A stretch of DNA of 63,464 nt, the filler included, from Reticulomyxa filosa (lineage: Eukaryota > Protista > Foraminifera): NCBI GenBank assembly GCA_000512085.1. It is 28 parts of 28 records of this genome, joined end to end, with 100 filler letters (N's around TTAATTAATTAA, not from the genome) between each part and the next. Parts side by side here need not be neighbours in the genome. Positions count along the whole stretch, not along the records: positions 24,467 to 28,315 come from ASPP01008901.1; positions 28,416 to 31,266 come from ASPP01004905.1; positions 31,367 to 32,548 come from ASPP01009194.1; positions 32,649 to 33,865 come from ASPP01008379.1; positions 33,966 to 35,180 come from ASPP01038302.1; positions 35,281 to 40,324 come from ASPP01001510.1; 22 more parts are not named here. One strand, given 5' to 3'. The notes under the pieces are model-generated. The model searched no databases and was not told the DNA's origin. It saw only the letters and a program-made list of their open reading frames with translations. Of this stretch, positions 25,001 to 38,316 are shown one piece after another (position 1 is the first letter of the stretch; each line of letters opens with the position of its first letter). The position numbers and the translations under genes were made by a program.

Positions 25001-25173
25001 ATTCTTTTTAATGTAAATTATTAATTGTGTAAAAATGAAATACCTTTTTAAACCTTAAAACATAATTGTTTAATAAATTTGTGAACTCAATAAAGGTAAA
25101 AGTAACACATAAAATCGACAACGAAAATAAAATAAAATCAGAACATAATGTTAGAGACTGCGCTAACAAAATG

Positions 25174-25428
25174 CAATCGACGCTAAAAAAAGATCACTCT
25201 AAAATGAACACCTATGAACATTCATGTGTTTATTCATGAAAATTAATATTTTGTCAACATTCTTTTTTTAACAATATCCACGTCTTGGAGAATCCAAAAA
25301 TGTATTTGGTTTTAATAAGACACGTGGATATTAAAAAAAGATTTTGAATAAATGTTAATTTTTCATGAATAAACACATGAATGTTCATAGGTGTTCATTT
25401 TAGAGTGATCTTTTTCAGCTGTCGATTG
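25174..25428. mobile_element. MITE-like hairpin element with long terminal inverted repeats
   Basis: Left arm caatcgac..aaaaagatcactctaaaatgaacacctatgaacattcatgtgtttattcatgaaaa is the reverse complement of the right arm ending gtcgattg. Flanked by TG (left) and TA (right); no coding capacity. Confidence 0.8.
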
Positions 25429-25899
25429 TAGTATCAATGCAAAGATTTGCATTTTATGTACCTATAACGCAAATATTTGTTTTTTGTTTTATATTTCAAT
25501 TGTTGTTTTTTTGTGAATTTTTTGTTTGTAATTACCTTTGAAATGACAAACACTTAATCAAAGGTTTTACAAGTTTAAATTTTTGGATATTTCAATGTTT
25601 CTTATTTTAAAGAATTGATAGTTTTTTCTTTACAACAACAAAATGCTTTGCCAAAAGACACACAATAAAATGCGAATAACAAATAAAAGAGAATTCACAT
25701 CAAACAAAAATAAAACATCAAAAACTAAAAATTAAAATAAATAAACTTAAATTTGAAAAGAGTCTAAAGAAAAAATTCGAAAGATAAAATAAAAATCAAA
25801 ATAATATTAAAAACTCATGATTGTAGATATTCTCCAAAAAAATTTTGATTAAATGTTGTTTTTTGATTGAAAAAATCAATCATCTTCACAAAGTGCCGT

Positions 25900-26370
25900 T
25901 TTAGGTATCAGCTTTCTTTTTATTCTGTACAATAAATTGGAAAAATTTTGCACGTGTCACAAAATTGGAATGCGCTGTTAACCGTTTTATTCTTTCACCA
26001 GATGTTACATTCTATGTTCCAATTGTTTGACCACTTAATGTTGGTACAATCATTTGCATAAGGTGAGCATTATGCATTTAATACAACATCGGAATGATTA
26101 ACTAGTTTTAAATCTTTTTCCAAGATACATCCCACAATCGAATTGTTTTAAAACACAATAGTTTTGCCATCTGAAGAAAATTCAGCGCTCCATATCATAT
26201 TCAGATGTCCTTCCAGTTTCATTTCCAGATTTTACGTCCCATAGTCAAACTGTACTGTCTTCTGCGCATGAAGCAACTATTTGTGAAAATTCTGCAATTT
26301 TGAACAACTGCTTGTGTCCTTTGAAATTTTGGATTTGTTGCACGAATTTTTCTCTTCAATATTATGGATG
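25900..26370 (-). pseudogene. WD40-repeat pseudogene fragment
   Basis: FKGHKQLFKIAEFSQIVASCAEDSTV*LWDVKSG; interrupted by stops and frameshifts. Confidence 0.65.
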
Positions 26371-26452
26371 AACAGTTAAACGGTAAGACTTAAAGGGTAA
26401 AAGGGGGTGAAAACTTCATAAGCCGCATGCTGTAACCAACGGCATTCCGATC

Positions 26453-28185
26453 ATGTCCTTTCAACACGGTAGAACTCATTCCGACCTCCCTGAGGGCTGG
26501 GGAAGGGAATTAGACGATTATGGCCAGCCATATTATGTGGAAAAAACAACCGGACGAGTTCAAAAGGAAAAGCCAAAGGTTCAACCAAAAAAAAATATAT
26601 ATATATGTATATGTGTATATGTTATGTATAAATAATAAACAAGCAAACAAAAAAAAAAAGGCAACAACAGACAAAATGGAAGTACCTGAGCCACAATCAT
26701 TCAGTACATTTATTGATCCAGTTCAGTACATTTGAATGCAAACAACAAAAAGTATACATATATGCATGTTTATTTTGTATACATAGACAAAAAAAAGTTG
26801 GTGTGTTAGGATCAATGGGACATAGTGATCGACACAATGGCAGCATCGATTCATCCGGAAGAGCAGTTGAAAGTGTTTAGCAAGCTGCGCAAAATAGCGG
26901 AGAAAATGTTACAACAAGATGACCCGAAGTATCGCAGTTTGTATTTGAACAACCCGCAGTTGCAAAAGTCGCTATTGGTTTACGACGGCGGCCTCGAGTT
27001 TCTGTACAATTTGGGGTACATTCCCACGCGCGAGGACAATCAGAAGCTGGTGTGTCACCGTCCGAATGCCCGTGTGGTCAATGCCTGTCTGGTCTGTCTC
27101 AGCGACAAAATTGACAGTTTGCGCAACGAAACTGCTGTCTCCGCCTCCTCTTCTTCCGCCGTCCCAAAGGCCGTGCCAACTGACGATTCCGGGGAGACTT
27201 TGGCTGACATTGCAAACACACTCTTCTTGCCTGACGAACATGTTTTGAACTTTTTTTAAAAAAACAAAAAAAAAATTTCCCAATGTCCCCTTTTTTTTTT
27301 TTTTAAAAAAAAAAAAGGTGTTTTCTATGAAAAAAAAAAAAAAATTCCCCCCCCCTCTTTTTCTCTCCTTCTTCCTAGAACAACCGGACGAATGGAAAAA
27401 ATGGAACACAATTGCTCCGTACGCAAACGGACGTTGCAGATGCAAACAAGAAGAACAACGAGAAAACAAAAGGCGTGAATGCAAATGCAAATACTCGAAA
27501 CGGTGGCAACGGTGCGATTACACACTCATCGAAATCGATGGCCATTCCAAGCAGTAATGACAAAGCTGACACTGCACAGACCTCTTCCCAAAGTCTGCCC
27601 CAATCGTCGCAAAACAAAACACCGAACAAGGCTCGTAATCCCACTCGCATGTCTCCTACCAAATCCCCCACCACCTACGATGACGCTGATGATATATCGC
27701 CAAAATGTTTGTTTTTTTTTTAAAAAAATAAAAAAAAATGGATTATTGGCTTATTTAATTTAATTTGATTAAAAAAAAAAAAAAAAAAAAGTGACCTAAA
27801 TTTCAAACACATCCCTATGAACGACGAGCCGAGCAAAAAAGAGGTGCAGTGGAGAGTGATAATATTAATCCGACATGGCAATAGCTATTGGAACAGCCAG
27901 AAGAACGACGGCAGTAGTATCAAGAAATGGACGGCGGTGGGTCGCGGATTGATTGAAATGATTGGTGGTACCAAAAATCACAGCGATTCAGTGGTGGTCG
28001 ATGCGCCTTTATCCAAAAATGGCATCGACGAAGCCTTTGGGTTGTCCAAGTTCTTGTCGCGGCACGTTTACATGCGTAGGTATCAACATAATCAAACTTT
28101 GATTCAGCTTCAAAAAGTCGTCAGCCCTGTCAAAGATGCTGTACGCGTTTTGCAAACACAATTGTTGGATGATCAAAAATACCAG
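26453..28185 (+). CDS. WW + PUB + histidine phosphatase (PGM-like) multidomain protein, 3'-truncated by contig end
   Basis: WW: LPEGWGRELDDYGQPYYVEKTTGRVQKEKP. PUB: KLRKIAEKML..DPKYRSL.LNN..LQK.L....GGLEFL..LGY. Phosphatase: IILIRHGNSYWN..DAPLS..G..EA. GT-AG splicing joins five exons in frame. Confidence 0.75.
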
Positions 28186-31100
28186 TTTTCAAAATTATAT
28201 ACATATATATGTATATGTATAACGTATACATATATATGTATATGTATAACGTATACATATATATTATATTGTGTGTACATATATGCAAACTTGAAATATG
28301 TGAAGAGAGAAAGGGNNNNNNNNNNNNNNNNNNNNNNNNNNNNNNNNNNNNNNNNNNNNTTAATTAATTAANNNNNNNNNNNNNNNNNNNNNNNNNNNNN
28401 NNNNNNNNNNNNNNNTTTTTTTTGGAGAAACTCTTAATCATAATAAAGAAAAGAATAGATAATGTTATCCTTGAACAAAAAAAAAATTCATGTCAACTGA
28501 TCTCAATTCGACAAGTTATTTTATTATTTTTTGACTTTAATATAAGACAATGAAATTTTATCCAATTGTAATAATCGCATTAATTTTATTTTTTGAATAA
28601 GTGATAAATAGCAAATACTTTTTTCATCGTTGCATGCACTTCTTGGTAATTTTTGAATGATTGTGTGTCTGTGAAAGAATTGATTACTATTGTTTTATTC
28701 ATTCATTTTTGTTACTACTTTAAATGCTTACATATATCTCCAATTTATGTACTTTCCTTATTTGAATAACTTTTAAAAAACGAAAAACAGCAAATTCAAA
28801 TGTTAGTTGATGTCTTTTTTGAAAGAAAAAATTGTATAATTACTCGATGGCACAAATAAAATATAAATTAGTTCTTCTTTTCACATAAACAAGTCAATAA
28901 ACTTGATGCGGGATTGGAGTAAACTAGTCGTCGCATTGTAATATCTTTTTAATTACTAACACAAAAAACTAATAAAACTTTCTACTGTTTATGTAATATG
29001 AATCATAGCATCAAACTAACAAGCAAAAATATATTCATTATGTAACTCTTTTGGTTACATAATTTTATATTCAAACAATTTCTACTATTTCGAAGCATCA
29101 AAAGAACAGTATATTCCATTATTGTACGTTAATTATTTTATTTTTCTGAAAGAAAATTATATTGTTTGCTTAAAAAAAGGTTATTTAAATATTATTTTAA
29201 GAATCAAAGCAGTACTTTTTTTATTTGTAGCAGAGACAAAAAGATTCTATTGTTTTAACGAAGCAACTAATATTAAGTAAAGTTATTTTTGAGAACTCTT
29301 AATTTCCAACGGGAAAAGAGATGTTCCACCAAAAAGAAAGAATTTTTTTGGGCATAATAATTTGCGCAATAATCCATCTATCGCGTAATATAATATAATA
29401 TATACCTAAGTGAGAAAAAGATGAAGAGTGTTGAAGGTCTCTCTTTGTCAAAATCGAACAGTGTGATACTTAATAAGGCGGGAGTTGGGAGTACAACCAA
29501 GGCCAAAGTAAAAAGAATTCAGTTAGAAAACATATTAAAAGACGGAAGATCGGACACATCAAAAAGCAAGCCAACATTGGATTTGAAAGAACTGCAAAAC
29601 AATCCGTTTATTGACAAAGCAGATTTGATGACATCGAAAGTGACAGCCCCTTTAGGAGGTGGGCACACATGGTGCAACCCCAATGTTGCCACGAGCGTCA
29701 ACCGAGCACCAGCACTGCAAGCACGAATAATGTAACAAATGGCACTATCAACGCGACAGATCAATCAAATCAGCAGCAGCTTATAACAAGCAACGACGGC
29801 AGCCCATTTCATGACGCTTACTCTCACTCCGACGGGGGGGAGGTGTTGCCAGTGCAAATGCCAAACCGACAAAAGCAATCAACCAAGAAGTGGTCAGTGC
29901 TGGTCCCGGCGCAGTGACATCCTGGAACAACCATTGCGTCAAGAGCACTTCAAATTTTCAAGAATTTGACTGTTTTGTTTTTTAAAAAAAAACAAAGCAG
30001 CAAGAACAAAAGAAGCGAGCCTTGCAGTTCGATTGACTCGAATTAAATCTTTTCGTGGACCTCGTGGTATCATTTACTCTCTTTTCAAACAATTTTTTTT
30101 TTTTTTGGTTTCGCGAAGTCGACAGACTTTTAAGAGTGTGATATGTTTACATTTTGCAAAAGTACTGTTGAAATGTTTTTGTCACTATAATTTTTTTGGT
30201 GTGACTTGATTGGGCCAGTATTGAAAACTACAAACAAAAACAAAAAAAAGCCTCTTGGCAAGGGATAAGTTTTTGTCTCAATCCTTGCACATCAAAGTTG
30301 GCCACCATTTTTTTCCCCATCGTTCCATGATGTTACATACATTCTGAAACAAAACAATAATTAGATCGTACTATGGAAGTAAATATCTTCGTCGATCAGA
30401 TGTTTGGATTGTGGGATCAAAACGTGCACATCGTGATAAGAAGAATAAAAAAAAGGGGCTCAAAGAGGAATACGTGGTTATAATACCTCAAACACAATGA
30501 ACAAAAGTGTGTATCTGTTTGTGAGCCTTACAGAAAATGTAAAGGTTTTGAGCAAAAAAGGTGTAACAGTTTGGTTGAAAAAACCTCTTGCCTAACAGAT
30601 AAAACAAAGGCAGATCTGATTGATCCTTTGAGAATTAAACAAAGACATTTTTTTTTTTTAACTAGCCATGATATCCAAGGGCAAGGTGTTTTGTGAAAAC
30701 AGTTGGCAAGAGTTATATTTTGTCACCACAATTGCGATCTCAATGGAAAAAATACAAAGAAAAAAAATTGCTTCGTTGATTTTTATTCATGCATCCGCCA
30801 CTAAACCTTTTGTGTGATGATAAATTATTTTGCTCCATCACATTTGAGCACAACAATAAATAAAAAAAATAAAACTTGTTTTTTGAATGAAGGAGTTGAA
30901 GGAAGAGAAAGACAAAAACCTTTCGTCGCTAAATTTTTACACTTGCTTTCCAAACACGACACATTAATTGTTTATATGCAAACTGATGGATGCCTGCCAC
31001 GCCGCCAACAAAACAAACACTTGCACTTTTTCGATTGTGCTGTTTATTTGTGTTATCGAAAGGGATTTTTAACGCTTTGGAGAACCATCGAATGCATTAA

Positions 31101-31366
31101 ACAATTATTGTGTTTGCAGCAACCAAGCAAAAAATAAAAATACAAACAAAAACTAATTCTCAATTTTTTTGGCACTTTGGAAATATTGTCAAAAAATAAA
31201 GAAGCATGTGTATGGAAAATGCAAAAAAAAAAAAAACAAAAAAAAAAACAAAAAAAAAAAAAAAAANNNNNNNNNNNNNNNNNNNNNNNNNNNNNNNNNN
31301 NNNNNNNNNNTTAATTAATTAANNNNNNNNNNNNNNNNNNNNNNNNNNNNNNNNNNNNNNNNNNNN

Positions 31367-32507
31367 GAAATAGGAATAGAGACAGGAGCAGACGACGATA
31401 AACGTCGAGCATTCAATTGAGAGTCGAGATGTTGTGAAATGCGGCGCTTGTGATAAGCTCTGGATTCGAGCGTTTCGTCATCGAGCAGGATACCTTTGTG
31501 TTCCATGTATTGTTTAGAGGGACGACTGCCCATGAGCTTTTCCACGGCGAGCGAGGCTTTGCGCAGCTTCAGCTCGTGCGATCGCACCCACAACTCGTGA
31601 TCCACGCTGTGTCCGGACGCGTGTACATAATGCCTCTCGCGATCGTCTCGTGAATCGTGGGACGCTCGCTGATCTTCCGCTCCAAGCGCCGCTTCAACTC
31701 CTTTTTGTTGTTCTGCAACGACTGGTCCGATGCTTTCAACAATGAGTCGGCACTTTGGAGCATTTGCAAGATCTGATCATGATCGGGATGATCACTATGG
31801 TTATGTTGACTATTCACATTCATATTCATATTCATATTTGCACTGCCAGTCTCCAAGATATGCAATTGCTCCAACTGCGACCGCAAGGGTCGACGAGGGA
31901 GAAAGTCTTGGATCGTTGTCGATGCTCGTCTTCGCTTTAACGTGCGTCCCATCTGCTGCACGTCCTCCGACAGTCGAGACGTCGGGTCGTCCAGTAATAT
32001 ACCCCTTTGATGCAGTTCCGACCAGTTCGGTCTTTGCTTCAAACGCATATCCAATATATCCTTCATCACGCCACTGCTGATGATACTACTTGTCCTCGGC
32101 CACAACTCTTGTGTTCCTTGTGGCATGTACATACACTTCATATAGTTCAGATCGCTTTCCAATTCCTTTATTCGCTTCTCTCGATGCCACAAGGCCTGTC
32201 TCATTTGTTCCATTTCTTGAGCATGCTCGGCCTTCTCTCTTCTCAACTGTGAGTTCTCCATTCTCAGCTCCGCTATTGTCGCTTTCATTCTTGTCTCCCA
32301 TTCCGTCTGCGATTGTCCCACTGTCCGCTCATCGTTCATGTTATTCGCATTACTGTCGTCGTTATCATTGTAGTGTGCACTCGTCGACTCATTTGATAAC
32401 TCCTCAACTTTTTTTCCTGTTGTTTTCATTTTCCATGCATTTACTAGTTCTCTGTTCGCTTGTGATTCCAATTGCTCCGCTTTTAATGCTTTGTTCACTC
32501 TCTCCAA
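31367..32507 (-). CDS. Coiled-coil + RPEL-repeat (G-actin-binding) protein, partial, with a 1-nt frameshift near 31615
   Basis: RLKQRPNWSELHQRGIL, FLPRRPLRSQLEQLHIL, KISERPTIHETIARGIM and LMGSRPSKQYMEHKGIL. Confidence 0.8.
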
Positions 32508-32508
32508 T

Positions 32509-32548
<40 letters not shown>

Positions 32549-32730
32549 NNNNNNNNNNNNNNNNNNNNNNNNNNNNNNNNNNNNNNNNNNNNTTAATTAA
32601 TTAANNNNNNNNNNNNNNNNNNNNNNNNNNNNNNNNNNNNNNNNNNNNAGTACTAAAAAAAAAAAAAAAAAAAAAATTTACAGTTTATTATTTTTATTTT
32701 TTACTAATGTAAAATTTATTTGAAACTGAA

Positions 32731-33825
32731 TCACGTATTTCCCATTGAACCCAATATTTGAATTGTCCCATCACTAGAGCATGATACAATTGTATTGCCA
32801 TCATGTGAAATATCAATTCCTGTTACAACAGTAGAATGTCCTCCTAGCTTTTGAATTTCCACTCCTAGTGCCACATCCCATAATCGAATTGTTAGATCGT
32901 TTGAACATGATAAAATAGTTTGACTATCTGGAAAGAACATTACATCATTTACACCTCTTGAATGCTCTAACAATTTTGTAAGTTCTTTTCCAGATGCAAC
33001 ATCCCATATTCGAATTGTTTTATCCAATGAACAAGATACAATGTATCGTTGGTTTGGAGAAAATTGCGCTTTAAGTACATGATCTGAATGGCCGAACAAT
33101 CCATTAATTTTTTCCGACGATTTCACGGGCCATAAAATAATTGTTGCATCATTCGAAGCGGACACAATAGTTTCACCATCTGGAGAAAATTGTACATGAT
33201 TTACTGCATCCGAGTGCCATCGGAATACTTTTATTTCAATCCCAAACTGTACACTCCATAATCGAATTGTTCTGTCATATGAACTTGAAATGATGGTATC
33301 TCCATTCAGTGAGAACTTCACAGATGACACGTTATCTGTGTGTCCTTTTAATTGTATTATACCTTTTCCTGTTTTCACATCCCATAATCGAATTGTTTTA
33401 TCACGTGAACATGTTACAATCACATCTCCATTTGGTGAAAATTGTGCATCATTAACCCGATCCAAATGTCCTTTAAATATTTCAATCTCTTTTTCTAAAG
33501 CAATATCCAATAGTCTGGCAGTATTATCATCCGATGAGAAAACAACTTTGGTGTCATCTGGTGAAAATTTTACACTGTTTACAGTACCAAAATGCCAATA
33601 CAACTTTCTTAACGGTTTGAAATATTTCACCTGTTTTATAATGAGATTTTGGATATATGTCCATACTAAACAAAAAAAAAAGGATTTAAAAAAAAAAAAA
33701 AAAATAACTCTACCATAAGATAGCGTGAGATAATGTTATTGAAATCATTAATCCATCCCGTTTTGATAAACCCAATTCGGGCCCAATGTCTAGTAATGAC
33801 CTCTATCTCTTTATATCTCTATTTT
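32731..33825 (-). CDS. WD40-repeat protein (about 7 repeats) with a lineage-typical N-terminal motif
   Basis: Repeated GH...V..V.FSP.G..IVS.S.D.TIRLWD. Upstream exon EIEVITRHWARIGFIKTGWINDFNNIISRY spliced to VKYFKPL. Confidence 0.93.
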
Positions 33826-33965
33826 TTTTTTTTTTTTTTGGTTCTGTATCGCAAGCAGAAAAAATNNNNNNNNNNNNNNNNNNNNNNNNNNNNNNNNNNN
33901 NNNNNNNNNTTAATTAATTAANNNNNNNNNNNNNNNNNNNNNNNNNNNNNNNNNNNNNNNNNNNN

Positions 33966-34772
33966 ATGTCTTCGAATTTTTTTGGAAGCGATGAAAAACA
34001 AAAAAAAAAGGAACTTGGTTGCTTGTCTTGTGAAGATATGATTCGTGTGTTGCGTACGTCCGAATATTTGGAAAATGGAAAAGACTATTTGCTAATCGAA
34101 AAACACAATACAAAAATTGGAATGAAAAATAAGGAGTGGAACGAGTACAAATATGGAATTTTCTTGTTGGGCAAAAATATTGAAATTACTTGTGACGTTG
34201 CAAGCGAGGGATTAGGGCATTTGCGGATACGGTGTAGCCATTTGTACCTCGCAAATGAAACTTGTGTGATTCATTGCAATGGATTAGGATTCAAATCAAT
34301 GAAAGGACCAGGACATGGCAAATTGGGTGCGGGTGGGGGATATGGAACGAAAGGGACAGGAAAACAGGGAGGAAAATGTTATGGTGATGAAAGTTTGTTA
34401 AAAGAGATTCATTTTGGAAGCGGTGGAGGAGTACCTATGCTCGGTAATGGAGGTGGCAGTGGAGGTGGAATAATTGAATTGATAATTTCCCAACATGTAG
34501 TGAATTATGGAAAAATACAGTGTAATGGATTAGATGGTAGTGATATCCTTGGAGGAGGGATGGTAGCGGTGGATCCATTCTTATTAAAGTTGTGAGTGAA
34601 AATTGTTTACTAAAGCACACTCCTGGAATTATTCAATGCTTAGGTGGTAATAAGAATACATCTAGGAGAAGGGGGAATGGGAAAAATAGCTATTTATGAA
34701 TTTAATATTGAATCTAAAAATTCGAAAAATATTTCTCCTGTTCCTTATAATAAGCAATTTATTGTTCGTTAG
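33966..34772 (+). CDS. Glycine-rich-domain protein (GGGYGTKG / HFGSGGG / GGSGGGII), frameshifted near 34560
   Basis: Gly-rich motifs alternate with beta-strand-like segments; the continuation GSGGSILIKVV lies in another frame. Confidence 0.6.
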
Positions 34773-35607
34773 TTTATTATGTGGAATAAAAAACACTCTT
34801 TCATTTGTCTTTTAATTTTTAAATTTTAATTTCATCCATTGTTGTTGTTTTTTTAAAATAATTTTTTTAATATGTTTTCGTGTAAACTTTTTTTTTTTAA
34901 ATTTGGCTCTCAATCCAACAACATCTTGAAAACAAAAAAGCAGTTGATCAATCAATAGAAACAAACAAAAAAAATCTGTCAATTAACCAATAAAAAAAGT
35001 AATCAGTCTATCAATCAATTTATCAGAAATGAAAGATGAAAAATAAAAATTAAAAACACATCATCACTTTGATTACATTTACTCTCCATGGAATGCAAAA
35101 AAAATAACACATTGAATACAAAATTTTTGATTAAAATAACATTAGCAAAATTACAACAAATGATTGTCCCAAAAAGAGAANNNNNNNNNNNNNNNNNNNN
35201 NNNNNNNNNNNNNNNNNNNNNNNNTTAATTAATTAANNNNNNNNNNNNNNNNNNNNNNNNNNNNNNNNNNNNNNNNNNNNGAAAGATATAACAAAATTAA
35301 CTAGTACCGTCATTTTTTTTTGCAACGCCCTTGATGTTTGCACAAATTTGGAGTACCGTACTTGTTCGAGATTCTGTGAAGGGTCTCTTACATAAAATGG
35401 AAAAATTGTTTTCATGACTGTCCAACTGCCAGCCTTCATAAAAAGAAATTTGTAATTTGAATTTTACTCTAAAAACTCTATAAAAGTTGTATTTCAACGG
35501 AAGCAAAGATTACTTTGGGTAAAAAATTTTGTAGGAAAAAAAAGGTATGAGCTAAGTTCACGGTTGAGAATATAGAAATTTTGAAACTAAGATAATCAAT
35601 TGGTAAA

Positions 35608-36371
35608 ATGCTTCTAGGTGTAATTATTGGAGGGATATTGGGGACTTGCCTCTTTGTCTCGTTTTTATACATCCAGCGCATGCCATTGATCTGCGCTTTT
35701 TGTTTTGCGTTGTACGAGCTGAGCCATGGATACAAGCTGTTTGGTTCCACAGTGACAATCCTTGCGTTGTACTTGGGACTTTCTGTAGCCACGAAATATT
35801 TGTGTCGCCCTTACGGTCAAATAACAAATATGTTTGTTACAATTTTTGTTTTTTGGGTCGGAGAAAAGGGCTAGGAAGGGGTGCAGCAAGGGACCAAAAA
35901 AAAAATTTTAAAAAAAAAAAGGGGAGGGGGGAAGAAAAGAACAAGGAAATGTATATAAATATCTGTATCTGATTTTTTTTTTTTTTTTATGGGGGGGCGG
36001 CGGTGGGAATGGAATGACGGAAAACAGGCAATCCAGTGTCACTCTGGAGTGCAATATGGATGCGTGACGATGAATGGGTAGAATTGGTTCAAAAGAAGAG
36101 TGCAAAAAAGGAAGAAAAAGATGAAGATGAAACATACCAACATTTGTATTGTGTATTATTATATGTGACGCATCTACCCACAAAAGATGAGCTGGCAATG
36201 GCAATTGCCCATGTTATGCCTCATTATCCGCAACTACAAAATATCCCATTAATCGCTGACGCAATGATTCGATCCTCGTTTATTTCAGGTTAAATGAAAC
36301 AATATCAATCATTTATTATAGATGTACAAATAAATACGTATATGTATATGTCTGTTTGTTTTTGTTTTTGG

Positions 36372-36414
<43 letters not shown>

Positions 36415-37131
36415 AGTGAAATGAAAGTGGAAGAACACATCCACGAATATCGTGTTGCCAAGAAAATTCTGGAAAGTAAATTGAACGAGCTGTTATGTTT
36501 GAGACAAAGAATAAACAGTAGCAAGCCTTGGTGGGACGTATATCTGCTCAGTTCAAAGACGGGCAGCGAAGAGGAAGAGACGGACCCCTCCAAGGCCCCT
36601 TTGTCCGTCGTCGCCTTTCGGTTTCACCAAGCCATCATCGACTTGCCTACCATTCAGCATTGGCTGTGTGACATTAGTGACTACTTTGCTCAGAAATACC
36701 GCTATGAAAATGAGGAAGATGAAGACGACGAAGAAGAAGATGATGATGAGGATGAGGATGACGACGACAACGACGACGATATGAACATAGACGAAGATGA
36801 GGAAGACAATGGTAATGCGATTGGCGAAGAAAAGATAAGTGGAAATGGAGACAAAGGCTCGACCAGTCGTCCATTGTCGCTTACAAAAAAAAGACAAAAA
36901 AAACGCAAAGCGCGAAAAGTCAATTTTTATATTGAAACGCCTAAGAAAGGACATTCTCGCTATGGAAGTGGCCAACGACCTTGGAGTACACGGAGCCAAA
37001 GTATCCGTCGATTAATTGATGAAAATGTCGAAGATTGGATTGACGAAGAAGTCGATGTCATGAACAAAGATTCGACTGGTGGTGGATTGTGGTCTTTGTT
37101 GCGTTTTTTTTTTTCCCTCCTCAAATATGTT

Positions 37132-37162
<31 letters not shown>

Positions 37163-38316
37163 AAAAAGGGGTGTTACCATTTATATGAATATATATATGC
37201 ATGTACATATATGTATATGTATATGTATATAATAAAGTAATGACCGAATGAAGTGGCTGCACGTCCAGTACAAAAATATCCAAACATGGCTGCGAGATGG
37301 TCTGATAATTGCGCGGATTTGGCTGAATTCAGATAGCAATGTATTGGGGAGTAGTGATGATGCTGGCGTGGATCGCCTCAAAAATGTTACAATTGTCAAT
37401 CACAGCTTTGAAGATACTGCTTTGCGTGCGATACTGAAACAAAGCAGGGCCAAATTTGAACACATTGCTCGCACTTGTGTCGCTGGTGCAATTCTGCGCT
37501 ATTGCAGTGATGAAACGCATTCTTCCATTGACTCCAACAACACTGCGTTTTTGACCAAACTCAGCAAAGCACGCGTTTTGGAGGATTATGACATGTCACA
37601 AAATGAGACGTTACAAGGCTCTGAGGCTCTGTCTTCATCGCCTCGAAGTCGCTCCAATGTTGGCTTTTGGAAAGGTACTCGCTGGATGGAGGCTCTTCCT
37701 TCTCCTTTGTTCAACGAAAAAATTGGATTGACTAGCATACCTTTAGCCATTGGTGAACAATTTTCACATGCCAGGCAACGCTTGATGCATATCGCCAAAC
37801 CATCTGATGTGTTAAGTGTCAGTTTTACTGTTGATTTTTTTTTTTTGGTTAAAACAAATGTTATAATAAATATACATAGATATGAAGAGTATCGTTGGTG
37901 TTGGTGGATTAATAAAATATTGGAAATCAGTGCAAATATTTTGCCTGATCGAATGTGCAAGGCTGTCATGGCACGATTTTTTCAACATCATACCATGGAA
38001 CTATGCTATTTTCCTTGTTCACAGAATTTAGTTTTTGGACGTGAGTCTGTGGAAAACATAAGAGTTATGTTTTCTTTTTTTCTTTTACTTTTTCTAATAT
38101 CCTTTTACCTTTTTGTTGTTTTTTTTTTTGCTCTTTATCACTTAGGTGCTGAAAACAAATATAAACGCTCCTTGTTTGTGCATCAGCACTTACAATGATC
38201 GCATGTATTTGGACCTTACTTATTGTGGCAATGCAATTAATGAGCCAGATAGATTCATCCAAGGATTTCTGGCAGAAATGGAGGATCTCGAGGCTATGTT
38301 TGCTCACTCTTCTTAA
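35608..38316 (+). CDS. Wax-ester synthase/DGAT (WS/DGAT)-like protein with N-terminal TM region and acidic insert
   Basis: KPWWDVYLL, VVAFRFHQAIID (HHxxxDG position), CVAGAILRY, NEKIGL.SIPL...RL, and a last exon ISTYNDRMYLDL....INEPDRFIQGF..EMEDL*. Confidence 0.65.

Noticed and set aside
29421-29917. Two overlapping Ser/Thr/Asn-rich ORFs
   Set aside because: Probably a frameshifted fragment, but no identifiable family.
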